A DNA stretch of 64,000 nt from NCBI GenBank assembly GCA_963842525.1, contig CAWJGT010000009.1:1088001-1152000 (forward strand). Direction: 5' to 3'. This stretch comes from an uncultured Holophagales bacterium (GTDB lineage Bacteria; Acidobacteriota; Thermoanaerobaculia; Multivoradales; UBA5704). A program made the position numbers and the translations under genes. The notes beneath the pieces are model-generated. The model had not been told where the DNA came from and did no database searches. It was given only the letters and a program-made list of their open reading frames with translations. Numbering within the stretch: the first letter of the stretch is position 1; every line of letters starts with the position of its first letter. Shown here piece by piece: positions 35,202 through 45,933 of this stretch.

Positions 35202-37199
35202 ATGCTCGAACGTCGTGTCGTCGCCCTTGCTGTCGTCCTTTGTGCTCTCGCCGTATCACTCGCCGCGGAAGAGCCCGTCTTCCGCGACCTCACCCTGAAG
35301 TCGCTCCACAACCTTCCGCCCCGGGGAGACGTCGGGGAGGTTCCGCTGCCGGCCCGGTTCCGCGCTCTGGAAGTGGACGTCAAGGCCCTGACGAGCCTGC
35401 TGGACCGGACGCCGGCCGAGCGCTCGGCGTCGGCCGCGGCGGTGCCGGTGTTGCTTGCCCTGCCGTACCCGGACGGCACGGACCAGCTCTTCCGCATCGA
35501 GGAGTCGCCGATCTTCGAGCCGGAGCTGGCGGCCCGCTTTTCCGAGATCCGCACCTTCGTGGCGCAGGGGATCGACGATCCCACGGCGACCGCCCGTCTG
35601 AGCCTGACTCCATTGGGTTTCCATGCCATGGTGCTGTCGGCGTCGGGCACTGTGTTCGTGGACCCCTACCGCCGCTGGGATGCACGTTACGTCCTCTCCT
35701 ACTTCAAGAAAGACGGGCGCAAGGCGGCCGGGCCGGCCTTCCGGTGCGGCGTCCGGGACGGGCGCCCGGGTCTGGCAAGTGAGCACGCCATCGATCAGAT
35801 CCTCCCGCGGGTGATCACCGCCGAGGCCGCGTCGGGATCTCAGCTCCGTACCTATCGCCTGGCGCTCGCCGGGACCGGCGAGTACACGGCCGCGGTCTGC
35901 TCGCCCAATCCGGCGGCGGTGGCCTGCGGTCTGGCCGCCATGGCGGTGTCGATGAACCGGGTCAACGGGATCTTCGAGCGCGACGTGGCGATCCGGATGG
36001 TGATCGTGGCCAACAACAACCTGGTGGTCTACACCAACGGAGCCACCGATCCGTACTCCAACGGTAACGGCAGCGCCATGCTGGGGCAGAACCAGACCAA
36101 CCTGAACAGCGTCATCGGTTCGGCCAATTACGACATCGGTCACGTATTCTCGACCGGTGGCGGAGGCATCGCCCAACTGTCGGTGCCATGCACCGGGAGC
36201 AAGGCGCGCGGCGTCACCGGCCAGCCGAACCCGGTCGGCGACGGCTTCGACGTCGACTACGTGGCGCACGAGATGGGGCACCAGTTCGGCGCCGCCCATA
36301 CGTTCAACGGCACCACCGGCAATTGCGGCGGCGGCAACCGCTCCGCCTCGTCGGCGTACGAGCCGGGCAGCGGCTCGACGATCATGGCCTACGCCGGTAT
36401 CTGCGGCGCCGAGAACCTCCAGCCGCATAGCGACGACACCTTCCACACCCGGAGCTTCGACCAGATCGTAGCGTTTTCGACCGGGTTTACCGGCAGCTCC
36501 TGTCCGGTCATCACTGCGACCGGCAACTCTGCTCCCAGTGTCAATGCCGGCGCCGCTTTCACGGTTCCGCGGCAGACGCCGTTCACTCTCACCGGCTCGG
36601 CCACCGATCCGGACCCCGACACCCTGACCTACATGTGGGAGGAATTCGACCTGGGCAGCGCCGCGCCGCCCAACACCGACACCAATGCGGTGCGGCCGAT
36701 CTTCCGCTCGTTCGTGCCGTTGACCGTGCCGAGCCGCACCTTCCCCCGCCTCTCGGACATCCTCGGCAACGTCGCGACCCTGGGCGAGTCGATGTCGAAC
36801 CGCAACCGTACGATGACGTTCCGCCTGACAGCCCGTGACAACCGTGCGGGCGGCGGTGGGGTCAACTACGCTTCGACCACGGTACGGGTGGTCACCTCGG
36901 CCGGGCCGTTCACCGTCACCCAGCCCAACACGGCGGTGACCTGGGCCGGCGGCAGCTCGCAGACGGTGACCTGGAACGTGGCGAGCACTACCTCGTCGCC
37001 GGTCAGTTGCGCCAACGTCGCGATCGACCTCTCGACCGACGGCGGCGCCACCTTCAACAACCTCCTGGCCTCGACGCCCAACGACGGTACGCAGTCCGTG
37101 ACGATCCCCAGCACGCCGACCACCCAGGCGCGCATCCGCGTCACCTGTGTGGGCAACATCTTCTTCGACATCTCGAACGCCAACTTCACGATCACATAG
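35202..37199 (+). CDS. Secreted reprolysin-like (M12B) zinc metallopeptidase with Ig-like C-terminal domains
   Basis: Signal peptide; HEMGHQFGAAH; EPGSGSTIMAYAG Met-turn. Confidence 0.93.
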   Translation: MLERRVVALAVVLCALAVSLAAEEPVFRDLTLKSLHNLPPRGDVGEVPLPARFRALEVDVKALTSLLDRTPAERSASAAAVPVLLALPYPDGTDQLFRIEESPIFEPELAARFSEIRTFVAQGIDDPTATARLSLTPLGFHAMVLSASGTVFVDPYRRWDARYVLSYFKKDGRKAAGPAFRCGVRDGRPGLASEHAIDQILPRVITAEAASGSQLRTYRLALAGTGEYTAAVCSPNPAAVACGLAAMAVSMNRVNGIFERDVAIRMVIVANNNLVVYTNGATDPYSNGNGSAMLGQNQTNLNSVIGSANYDIGHVFSTGGGGIAQLSVPCTGSKARGVTGQPNPVGDGFDVDYVAHEMGHQFGAAHTFNGTTGNCGGGNRSASSAYEPGSGSTIMAYAGICGAENLQPHSDDTFHTRSFDQIVAFSTGFTGSSCPVITATGNSAPSVNAGAAFTVPRQTPFTLTGSATDPDPDTLTYMWEEFDLGSAAPPNTDTNAVRPIFRSFVPLTVPSRTFPRLSDILGNVATLGESMSNRNRTMTFRLTARDNRAGGGGVNYASTTVRVVTSAGPFTVTQPNTAVTWAGGSSQTVTWNVASTTSSPVSCANVAIDLSTDGGATFNNLLASTPNDGTQSVTIPSTPTTQARIRVTCVGNIFFDISNANFTIT

Positions 37200-37216
37200 G
37201 TAGATAGGGAAGAGAG

Positions 37217-37250
37217 CCGGACCGGGGCGCGAGGGAACGCCCTGGTCCGG
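37217..37250. terminator. Hairpin downstream of the protease
   Basis: CCGGACCGGGGCG...CGCCCTGGTCCGG inverted repeat; no U-tract on the + strand. Confidence 0.4.
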
Positions 37251-37372
37251 TCAGAAAAGAGACAATGAAATGCCACGCTCGGAGCTTTGCAACGCTCCGA
37301 CCCTCTCCATGAGCTTAAGAAGCTATACGTAAAGATCGGCCGGGGGTTGCACCGCGATAGAATGGCCGCGTC

Positions 37373-39358
37373 ATGAACTTGAAGACCATAGCGCTAGGTT
37401 TGGCTCTCATCACAGTGGCCGGGGTGGTCGCCCAGGTGCTCCCCAAGACCCTCGAGACCGCGCCGGCCCAGGCAGCTCAGCCCGGCGAGGATTGGCCCGC
37501 CTGGGGCCGCGATCCCGGCGGGCAGCGCTTTTCTCCGCTCGCTGTCATCGATCGGGAAAATGTCCAGTCCCTCAAGGTCGCCTGGACCTTCCGCACCGGC
37601 GATTCCTATCAGCCCAAGGATTCCAGGCCCACCGCCTTCGAAGCGACTCCAATTTACGTCGACGGCACGCTGTATCTTTCGACACCGCTCGGCCGCATCT
37701 TCGCGCTCGATCCCGTGACCGGCACGCAGCGCTGGGTCTACGATGCCAGGATCGACAAGGATGCCGGCTATGGCGACTTCGTCAGCCGCGGCGTCTCCAC
37801 GTGGAAGTCGCCGTCCGGCCAGCGCCGGATCTTCCTCGCCACGATCGATGCGCGCCTGATCGCGGTCGATGCTGCCACCGGCAAGCCCTGCACCGACTTC
37901 GGAAAGAAGGGCATTGTCGATCTGCGCCGTGGCCTGCGCATCCCTCCGGCGCGCGATCACTACGCCGACTACGAGGAAACCTCGCCGCCGGCCGTCATCG
38001 GCAACACGATCGTCGTCGGCTCCGGCATCGCCGACAACGACGCCGTCAACCAGCCCAGCGGGGAAGTGCGCGGCTTCGACGTGGTCACCGGCAAGCTGAA
38101 GTGGTCCTGGGACCCCATTCCGCAGGACCCGAAGGCTCCCGGTGCCGAGACCTGGAAGAATGGCAGTGCGCGACGCACCGGCGCAGCCAACGCCTGGTCC
38201 GTCCTGGCCGCCGATCCCGAGCGCAACCTGGTCTTCGTCCCCACCGGCAGCGCCAGCCCCGACTACTATGGCGGCGAGCGTCTGGGCAACAACCTCTATG
38301 CGAATTCCATCGTGGCTCTGCGCGCCGACACCGGCGAGCGCGTCTGGTCGTTCCAGACCGTGCACCACGACCTCTGGGACTACGATGTCGCCTCGCCGCC
38401 GGTACTGTTCAACGTCCATCGCGACGGCCGGGTCGTGCCCGCTCTTGGCGTCGGATCGAAGAGCGGCAATTTCTTCGTCCTGCACCGCGAAACCGGCGAA
38501 CCCATTTTCGGCGTCGAGGAGCGGCCGGTCCCGAAGAGCGATGTGCCGGGCGAGGTCGCGTCGCCCACGCAGCCGTTCCCCGTGGCGCCGCGTCCGCTGG
38601 CGCAGCAGACGTTGAACGTCGAGGAGATCCAGGGACCCGAGCCCGACCGCAAGTGGTGCCGCGAGGCGATCGCCAGGCTCCGGTCCGAAGGGGTTTTCAC
38701 GCCGCCCAGCCTGCGGGGATCGATCCTGATTCCGGGCAACGTCGGCGGCATGAACTGGAGCGGCGCCGCCTACGATCCCGCCAACCGGCTGCTGCTGATT
38801 CCATCGAACAACCTGGCCGCGGAGGTCCGCCTGATTGCGCGCGCCGATTTCGACCGCGAGCGCGAGACTGCCGGCCGGGACCTGACCGGCGGATGGGAAT
38901 TCGCCCGCCAGTCCGGAACGCCCTACGGTATGGCGCGACGCCTGCTCCGCGCTCCCGGAGGCTGGCCGTGCACACCGCCGCCCTGGGGTGTGCTCAGCGC
39001 GGTCGACGCCGACACCGGCGCCGTCCGCTGGACCGTGCCGACCGGCCACTTGCCGGCGCTGGGACCGGCGGGCCCGCCGCCTCCGCACTACGGCTCAATA
39101 ACTCTCGGCGGACCCATTGTCACTGCCGGTGGCCTCGTCTTCATGGCCGGAACGCTCGATCCGGCTCTCCGCGCCTTCGACGTCGCCACCGGCAAGGAGC
39201 TCTGGAAAGGCGAGCTGCCCACGAGCGCCCGTGCCATGCCCATGACCTTCCGCGGCCCCGACGGCAAGCAATACGTGGTGATCTCCGCCGGCGGCCACGG
39301 CCTGCCTGTCACACCACTCGGCGACTACGTCATCGCCTTTGCGCTCGCAACTCGCTAA
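37373..39358 (+). CDS. PQQ-dependent dehydrogenase (glucose/quinate/shikimate family, exported)
   Basis: Signal peptide; FEATP, RGVSTW, WSFQTVHHDLWDYD, GGMNWSG, PPWG. Confidence 0.93.
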   Translation: MNLKTIALGLALITVAGVVAQVLPKTLETAPAQAAQPGEDWPAWGRDPGGQRFSPLAVIDRENVQSLKVAWTFRTGDSYQPKDSRPTAFEATPIYVDGTLYLSTPLGRIFALDPVTGTQRWVYDARIDKDAGYGDFVSRGVSTWKSPSGQRRIFLATIDARLIAVDAATGKPCTDFGKKGIVDLRRGLRIPPARDHYADYEETSPPAVIGNTIVVGSGIADNDAVNQPSGEVRGFDVVTGKLKWSWDPIPQDPKAPGAETWKNGSARRTGAANAWSVLAADPERNLVFVPTGSASPDYYGGERLGNNLYANSIVALRADTGERVWSFQTVHHDLWDYDVASPPVLFNVHRDGRVVPALGVGSKSGNFFVLHRETGEPIFGVEERPVPKSDVPGEVASPTQPFPVAPRPLAQQTLNVEEIQGPEPDRKWCREAIARLRSEGVFTPPSLRGSILIPGNVGGMNWSGAAYDPANRLLLIPSNNLAAEVRLIARADFDRERETAGRDLTGGWEFARQSGTPYGMARRLLRAPGGWPCTPPPWGVLSAVDADTGAVRWTVPTGHLPALGPAGPPPPHYGSITLGGPIVTAGGLVFMAGTLDPALRAFDVATGKELWKGELPTSARAMPMTFRGPDGKQYVVISAGGHGLPVTPLGDYVIAFALATR

Positions 39359-39496
39359 GATGCCGCTTCTGTCGTCCACTTGATCTCGGCCTGCTTCAGA
39401 GTTAAAATATGAAAGTATGCGCTCTGATCGCTCCATCTAGAAGGGGACGAGAAACCATGCCGCTGGAAAACTGCGGAAAACCAGAGGGAGGTCTAG

Positions 39497-39862
39497 ATGC
39501 CGAAGGGCCTGTTCTCCAAGCAGAACGTTCCTACGGGCTCGACACTGCATGCCAAAGTCTCACCGACCGCGGCTCCACCGCCGGACCGATGGAGCGCCGA
39601 TCTCTTCCTGCGGCGCCAGGATGGACAGCTCGAAGCGCATTTCGACAATGCCGCCCTGCGCGCGGGGGTGGCACAGGTGCTGAATGGAGCAGGCGACGAC
39701 CACTACATTGGCCAGCTCGTCCTGACCTTCGCCGGCCCGAGCAACGCTCAGGTGGACCTCAAGATCACCAAGCCCGGCGGATCGCCGCACGGCAAGGTCT
39801 ACAGCGAGGTTCATTCCTCTGCACCTGCGGATGCGGTCGCGATCATCATCTTCATGGCCTGA
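39497..39862 (+). CDS. Hypothetical beta-rich protein
   Basis: SD GGAGGT, GC3-biased codons; 10 bp from the next gene. Confidence 0.65.
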   Translation: MPKGLFSKQNVPTGSTLHAKVSPTAAPPPDRWSADLFLRRQDGQLEAHFDNAALRAGVAQVLNGAGDDHYIGQLVLTFAGPSNAQVDLKITKPGGSPHGKVYSEVHSSAPADAVAIIIFMA

Positions 39863-39872
39863 GGGAGGCAGC

Positions 39873-41402
39873 ATGAAAACAGCAATGCTCAAGCCCGGCA
39901 CGCTGGTCGCCCTCGTTGTCTGCCTGCTGGCGATGGGGCCGGCGGCTCAAGCCGCAGAGATGTGCCAGCCGGAGGACACTGTCGGCTCGTGCTGGGATCG
40001 CATCAGGCAAGAAGTGGCACCGGAGCCGGAGGCCTCTGCGGAGGAAACTGTGCAGGAAACCGAGGCCGAGGAAGAGCAGGATCTCGAAGAGCAGCCCACC
40101 GGCCAGGATACGAGCGGTACGACGCTGCAAGCGACGACCAAGAGCTTCCTGCCGCTGCTTGCTTTTGCGGGACTCTTTGGCCAGGGCGACGTGGTGGACG
40201 ACCAGGGCGACCTCATCGCCGACCTCAACTTTCTGCTGCCGGGTGGCCTCGGAGGCAAGAACTCTCAGTTGCAGGCGATCACGGCAACCGAGCCCGCTCT
40301 CTCCTCGGTGGTGCGGGACGCCCTTCCGGAAGCCTCGCGCGACGAGCTTGCTGGCCAGCTCGAGGATCAGCTTTCGGCCGGGGATGACCTCGTCATCAGC
40401 TTTACCTACAACATGGAAGGCCTCAAGCGCGGTCGCGACTTCGAGATCTACCGCGGTCGGTATCAGGCCCTGGTCCAGCCCTTTGTCCTCGAGATGGAAG
40501 ACCAGCAGAGGCAATCTGGCCCTGCATTGGCAGCCGCTCTGAACGAAGTGCGGTGCACCGGAGCGGACGATCTGGAGGACGTGACGTTCGAGGAGATCAA
40601 GGAGTCCGAGACGTGTGGCGGCGATCAGGCCGAGCGGGTGGCCAAGGCGCTGGCAGCGCGAAGGAGTGTCGCCGCGGCTGCGCAAGCCTTCTACTCGAAC
40701 CTGCGAACCCTGCGCGAGAAGCTCGTGGAGGCAGGCCTCGACCGGTTCGGTGAGCTGGTGGCCAACCAGCCGCAGCTCCACCTCAGCATCAAGCGGAACG
40801 AGAGGGAGGCTCTCGTCGGGCCCAATGCAACGTCCGGAAAGCTGACCTTCGAATGGTCCCGCACGAACCTCAATCAGGCGCTGAGATCGGACGAGTGCCA
40901 TCAGGATCTCGAGCTGTCCGCGGAAACGGCCGATCGGGACCTGGTCAAGAGGTGCCTCGCCCAATACAAGGGTTTCATGGCCAAGCATGGCAAGGAGGTC
41001 ACCGAAGGCGAGCGGTTCTCGTTCTCGCTCGAGTACGAGAGCAACGACACCCTGGAGGTGCCCCTTGCGGCTCTGCTGCCGGACTCGGAGCTGACGGACC
41101 TCAGGATCCCAGGGTCGAAGAAGAGGATCGCGGCTTTGGGCTGGAGTCGCAATTTCGTCGGTTTGCAGGACCAGCCGACCCGCTTCGACATCGTGGCCCG
41201 CTACGAGGATGTCAGCGATGATCCGACGCGCCGGGACCGGCTCGTGGCAACCGCCACCTTCGAGCTCAAGGTGGGACAGCTCGATGTCCCTCTAGGCGTG
41301 GTCTACGCCAATCACGGCGAGTTCCTGGGCGAGGTCGACGAGCAGCTCAGCGCCCATTTGGGCCTCAGGTTCAAGCTCAAGGGCATAGGCGGGGAAGAGT
41401 AA
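39873..41402 (+). CDS. Hypothetical exported protein with paired cysteines and a beta-strand C-terminus
   Basis: Signal peptide ending AQA; SD GGAGG; six Cys in the mature part. Confidence 0.75.
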   Translation: MKTAMLKPGTLVALVVCLLAMGPAAQAAEMCQPEDTVGSCWDRIRQEVAPEPEASAEETVQETEAEEEQDLEEQPTGQDTSGTTLQATTKSFLPLLAFAGLFGQGDVVDDQGDLIADLNFLLPGGLGGKNSQLQAITATEPALSSVVRDALPEASRDELAGQLEDQLSAGDDLVISFTYNMEGLKRGRDFEIYRGRYQALVQPFVLEMEDQQRQSGPALAAALNEVRCTGADDLEDVTFEEIKESETCGGDQAERVAKALAARRSVAAAAQAFYSNLRTLREKLVEAGLDRFGELVANQPQLHLSIKRNEREALVGPNATSGKLTFEWSRTNLNQALRSDECHQDLELSAETADRDLVKRCLAQYKGFMAKHGKEVTEGERFSFSLEYESNDTLEVPLAALLPDSELTDLRIPGSKKRIAALGWSRNFVGLQDQPTRFDIVARYEDVSDDPTRRDRLVATATFELKVGQLDVPLGVVYANHGEFLGEVDEQLSAHLGLRFKLKGIGGEE

Positions 41403-41452
41403 ACGGGAAGCCCTTCAAAAGAGCCGCGCTGCGGACTGAAGTACACTTCGTC

Positions 41453-44400
41453 ATGCTTCAGCTCCGCATCAAGCAGCACTCCATAGCGGAGGGCCGCCAC
41501 CGGGTGGACCTCGATCTCACCGGCGACAGCGCTCCGCGAGCTGCCACCGCCGAGTTTGCCTTCGGCCTCTCGCCACAGGATGAAGAGGATCTGCGCTGGT
41601 ATCTGGAGGAGTTCCTTCTATACCCCCAGGAGCCGGCGCCGACGATCGCGCGCCGGGTCGAGGGGCGGATGGCAGAGGTGGGGACGGAGCTGTTCAAGGC
41701 GGTGTTCCATGCAAATGAGGACACTCGGAGGATCTGGAGCCGGGTGGAGGAGCGGCTGCCGGAGACACGCGTCGAGATCGTCTCGGGTGTGACCGAGGCG
41801 GCCACGATCCCCTGGGAGCTGCTGCGAGAGCCGAGAACGACTGCTGCCCTGGCCCTCACCGCCCAGTCGTTCGTACGCGCACAGCCCAACACGGCCCGCG
41901 CTCCCCAGCTTCCAGCCAAGAAGAAAGGGAAGATCCGCATCCTCCTGGTCCTCTGCCGGCCGCGGGGAGATGAAGATGTGCCGTTCCGCTCGGTGGCGAG
42001 CCAACTCCTCCGCGGGCTCAGCGAGGCCAATCGCGAAGCCTACGATTTGGATGTCCTGCGGCCGCCCACCTTCGAGCAGCTCGGGAAGGCGCTCCGCCAG
42101 GCGCACCGGGAGGGCCAGCCCTACCACGTGGTCCACTTCGACGGCCACGGAACTTATATAGAGGTCGAGGAGGCCAGGGGGATCAGGGCTCTCCTGGGGC
42201 GGCTCAGACCGACTATCCTCGCCGGACCACGCACAGGCAAGCACGGCTATCTCGTGTTCGAAAACCCGCAGCTCGAAGACAACGGAGAGCTGGTGGACGG
42301 CACCTCGCTGGGGCAGCTTCTTGCGAGTACGGGAGTGTCCGTCCTTGTCCTCAACGCCTGCCGCTCAGCGCACACCGAGCCGGCATCGACGCCGAGCACA
42401 GACACCACGATTGATCCTCACTCGCAGGTGCGGGCCTTCGGCTCGCTCGCGCAGGAGGTGATGGATGCGGGCGTAGCCGGGGTGGTGGCCATGCGCTACA
42501 ACATCTACGTAGTCACCGCCGCCCGGCTCGTGGCCGAGCTCTACGCCTCCCTTGTTCGCGGTGACTCGCTGGGCGGGGCGGTAACCTTGGCGCGCACGAG
42601 CCTGGCCGACAACCCGCTGCGCGAGGTGGTCTACACACCCTTGCCGCTCCAGGACTGGACCGTCCCCGTCGTCTACGAGGCGACGCCGCTGGAGCTCTTT
42701 CCGAAGGCAAAGGACGACGGCCGCCTGAAGATTCACGTCGAAGCAGGAGCCACGGCGTCGCAAGCCGGTGGCCTCGATGCCGACCTCCCCCCGCCGCCCG
42801 ACGTCGGCTTTTTCGGCCGGGACGAAACGCTCCTCGCCCTCGACCGCGCCTTCGATCGGACCTCGATCGTCCTCCTCCATGCCTATGCCGGCAGCGGCAA
42901 GACCACCACCACCGCCGAATTCGCTCGCTGGTACTCATTGACCGGCGGCGTCGACGGCCCCGTCCTCTTCACCACCTTCGAGCGCTACCTCCCGCTGTCC
43001 CGTGTGCTGGACCGGATCGGCCAAGTCTTCGGGCCGGCTCTGGAGCGGTCAGGCGTCCACTGGCTGGCGCTCGATGATGCGACGCGGCGGCAGGTGGCTC
43101 TCCAGGTCCTCGCCCAGGTACCGGTGCTGTGGATCTGGGACAACATCGAGCCGGTGACCGGCTTTCCGGCAGGCACGGAGTCAGCCTGGAGCGCAGAGGA
43201 GCAGGAGGAGCTTCTCGGCTTCCTGCGCGCCGTGCGGGAGACCGAAGCAAAGATTCTCTTGACGTCGCGTCGCGACGAGCGGTCGTGGCTGGGAGATCTG
43301 CCCAGGCGCATTGCAGTGCCGCCGATGCCGATGGCGGAGAGCCTCCAACTCGTCCGGGCTCTTGCCGAAAAGCACGGCCGCCGGCTCGCCGACATCGAGG
43401 ACTGGCGCCCGCTCCTCGCCTTTGCCCAGGGCAACCCAATGACGCTCACTGTCCTCGCCCGCCAAGCACTACGCGAGGGCCTCAAGACGAAAGAGCAGAT
43501 CGAAGCCTTCGTCGCCCGCCTCCGCTCCGGCGAAGCCACCTTCTCTGACGAGGCCGCCGAGGGGCGCTCCCGCTCCCTCGGCGCCTCGCTTGCGTATGGG
43601 TTCGAGCAGGCTTTCGATGAGGAGGAACGAAAGAAGCTCGCCCTGCTCTATCTGTTTCAGGGGTTTGTGAACGTGGCCGTGCTGTGCGTCATGGGCGATC
43701 CCGAGACCTCGTGGTGCCTGCCCGAGGTACGGAGCCTGACCCGTGAGGAGGGTATTGCCCTCCTCGACCGCGCCGCAGAAGTTGGGCTCCTGGCCGCGCA
43801 CGGCGGCGGGTACTATGGGATTCACCCCGCCCTCCCTTGGTACTTCAAGGGTCTATTTGAGCGGTGCTACCCGGCCGATAACAACGCGGCCGTGCGTGCG
43901 TTCGTCGAGACCTTGGGCGAGTTGGGGGATGCCTTCTGGAGTCAATACGAGCAAGGGAACCGCGAGGTCGTCGATACGTTGCGTACCGAGGAGGCGAACC
44001 TGCTCCACGCTCGCCGGTTGGCGCGAGCCCATGGCTGTTGGAACTCTGTCACCAGCACCATGCAGGGACTCCGGCACCTCTATGGCCATACCGGCCGGCA
44101 GGCGGAGTGGAAACGGCTGGTCGAGGAGATTGTGCCGGACTTCGTCGATCCGGTGAGTGATGGCCCCTTGCCATGCCGAGAGGAGAGTTGGAAGCTGGCC
44201 TCGGAGTACCGCGTGCGACTTGCTTTCGAGGAACGGCGGTGGCCCGAGGCCGAGCGCATGCAAACCATCCGTGTAGAATGGAATCATCAGCAGGCTGCGC
44301 GCTTTCTGGCCCGACCAGTAGAAAAGCTGGAGAGCGGTGGGTGGAGCGCAATCCGGTCACTTGCGGTTTCTCTGGAGATGCTCGGACATATCCGGCGCGA

Positions 44401-45055
44401 GCTGGGCCGTGTGGATTGCGTTCCGGTTTATGAGGAAGCCTTGGAGCTTTCAATGCGAATCGGCGACCTACCCGAGGCGGCGGCTTGCTCGTTCGGCCTT
44501 GGGCATGCGTTCAAGAATCTGCCCGACCTCCGCGATCTCAACCAAGCTGAGTCATGGTACCGAAGGAGCCTTGAACTGTTCGCTGAAAGCGATCGACTGG
44601 CGCGTGGCCGATGCCTGGGGCAGTTGGGAATCATTGCCAAGGAGCACTTCCTTGTTGCCCGAGCCGCAGGACGAGCCGATGAAGAGGTTCTTCGGCATTT
44701 TAACGAAGCGGTGAGGTGCTACCAAGGAGCTCTCGACCTTCTTCCCGAGGATGCGATCAACGACTTAGCCATCACGCACCACCAGCTTGGTGCCATCTTT
44801 GGCGATGCAGGCTATCTCGATCACTCAGTTCAACAATTCCGGGAGTCGATTAGCTTGAGAGAGCAAGCAGGCAACATCTACGGTGCCGCCCTGACTCGCT
44901 TTAATGTTGCCGTCTCCCTGCTTCGCGCCGGGCGGTGTCCGGATGCCTTGCAGTACGCCGAGGCGGCTCTGAAGGGATTTGAGAGCTACGGGGAGGGAGC
45001 GGCGGCGGAGATCGAGGAGACTCGCAGGCTGGCCGCGATGATCTGCGGACAATAG
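41453..45055 (+). CDS. CHAT (caspase-like) protease + STAND NTPase + TPR protein
   Basis: HVVHFDGHG and VLNACRS catalytic dyad; YAGSGKTT; WIWDNIE; GNPMTL; C-terminal TPRs. Confidence 0.9.
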   Translation: MLQLRIKQHSIAEGRHRVDLDLTGDSAPRAATAEFAFGLSPQDEEDLRWYLEEFLLYPQEPAPTIARRVEGRMAEVGTELFKAVFHANEDTRRIWSRVEERLPETRVEIVSGVTEAATIPWELLREPRTTAALALTAQSFVRAQPNTARAPQLPAKKKGKIRILLVLCRPRGDEDVPFRSVASQLLRGLSEANREAYDLDVLRPPTFEQLGKALRQAHREGQPYHVVHFDGHGTYIEVEEARGIRALLGRLRPTILAGPRTGKHGYLVFENPQLEDNGELVDGTSLGQLLASTGVSVLVLNACRSAHTEPASTPSTDTTIDPHSQVRAFGSLAQEVMDAGVAGVVAMRYNIYVVTAARLVAELYASLVRGDSLGGAVTLARTSLADNPLREVVYTPLPLQDWTVPVVYEATPLELFPKAKDDGRLKIHVEAGATASQAGGLDADLPPPPDVGFFGRDETLLALDRAFDRTSIVLLHAYAGSGKTTTTAEFARWYSLTGGVDGPVLFTTFERYLPLSRVLDRIGQVFGPALERSGVHWLALDDATRRQVALQVLAQVPVLWIWDNIEPVTGFPAGTESAWSAEEQEELLGFLRAVRETEAKILLTSRRDERSWLGDLPRRIAVPPMPMAESLQLVRALAEKHGRRLADIEDWRPLLAFAQGNPMTLTVLARQALREGLKTKEQIEAFVARLRSGEATFSDEAAEGRSRSLGASLAYGFEQAFDEEERKKLALLYLFQGFVNVAVLCVMGDPETSWCLPEVRSLTREEGIALLDRAAEVGLLAAHGGGYYGIHPALPWYFKGLFERCYPADNNAAVRAFVETLGELGDAFWSQYEQGNREVVDTLRTEEANLLHARRLARAHGCWNSVTSTMQGLRHLYGHTGRQAEWKRLVEEIVPDFVDPVSDGPLPCREESWKLASEYRVRLAFEERRWPEAERMQTIRVEWNHQQAARFLARPVEKLESGGWSAIRSLAVSLEMLGHIRRELGRVDCVPVYEEALELSMRIGDLPEAAACSFGLGHAFKNLPDLRDLNQAESWYRRSLELFAESDRLARGRCLGQLGIIAKEHFLVARAAGRADEEVLRHFNEAVRCYQGALDLLPEDAINDLAITHHQLGAIFGDAGYLDHSVQQFRESISLREQAGNIYGAALTRFNVAVSLLRAGRCPDALQYAEAALKGFESYGEGAAAEIEETRRLAAMICGQ

Positions 45056-45084
45056 GAGTCGGCTTCGCCGGGAATCTCACCCTA

Positions 45085-45312
45085 TTAGAGAAGCTCGAGA
45101 AACACGTCCAGATCGAGGCGGGCCTGCTTCAGGATATGTGAAAGGGTCGAGCGCTTGATGGGCCGATGGGCTGGAACAATGATCTTGAGAGTCTCGTCTG
45201 CGGTCCGCTTCTGGAGACGGATGTGACTGCCTCGCTGGCGGACGACCAGCCAGCCGTCGCGGCGCAGGGCATTGATCACCTGCTCATAGCTCAGGCTAGG
45301 GACTTTGCTCAA
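45085..45312 (-). CDS. hicA: HicA toxin
   Basis: GWLVVRQRGSHIRL...VPAH; TTG start overlapping the hicB stop. Confidence 0.9.
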   Translation of the reverse strand: MSKVPSLSYEQVINALRRDGWLVVRQRGSHIRLQKRTADETLKIIVPAHRPIKRSTLSHILKQARLDLDVFLELL

Positions 45313-45512
45313 ACGGCGACTTCCAAGACTTCCGCATTGGGAGCGAAGTCCCGGTCGTCCTCGATCGGCTCCAGGTAGAGCGCGATGGCTTCCTGGACGT
45401 TGGCCAGTGCCTCCTCCCGGGTATCGCCCTCGCTCAGGCATCCCGGCAGGGCTGGCACGATCGCCGTGTAGCCGCCTTCTTCGCTGGGTTCAAGAACGAT
45501 CTGCAGCTTCAT
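45309..45512 (-). CDS. hicB: HicB antitoxin (short form)
   Basis: GGYTAIVPALPGCLSEGDTREEALANVQEAI. Confidence 0.92.
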   Translation of the reverse strand: MKLQIVLEPSEEGGYTAIVPALPGCLSEGDTREEALANVQEAIALYLEPIEDDRDFAPNAEVLEVAV

Positions 45513-45744
45513 CGAGGGTCTCCAAGGGGGCCGCGGCCACGTGTGCGTATTTGTCCGTAGAAATATCTGTGAAGTCCGAATGAGCCGTACCAGAAAGAGC
45601 CCGGAGCGCTGCGAACGGCTCCCGGCTCGTCGGGACACCTGGAGGCTCCGCCAGGTCGAGAGCATCCAGCTCGACAATGAGCCGGCTACGCTCATCGGGA
45701 GAGAGCGTACGTACAGCATCCAGGATGGCGGCGAGTTTATCCAT
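45490..45744 (-). CDS. Small hypothetical antitoxin-like protein
   Basis: LSPDERSRL...LSGTAHSDFTDIS pattern; overlaps the hicB start. Confidence 0.5.
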   Translation of the reverse strand: MDKLAAILDAVRTLSPDERSRLIVELDALDLAEPPGVPTSREPFAALRALSGTAHSDFTDISTDKYAHVAAAPLETLDEAADRS

Positions 45745-45933
45745 CCCGGACATTCTAGCGCATCGGCCAACGTCAAGCCACTGACCGGGCGCCAACGATC
45801 GCGCAGAAGCCCCTGTAACCTTTCGCCCCCCTCCGTCGTAGAGAGGATGTCGGTAGTTGTTGGACCCCGAACCTCAGCCAGCCTGGAAACCGATCTCGAC
45901 GGACCAGGTTGTTGTCAAGAAAGAAGGGCTGTC

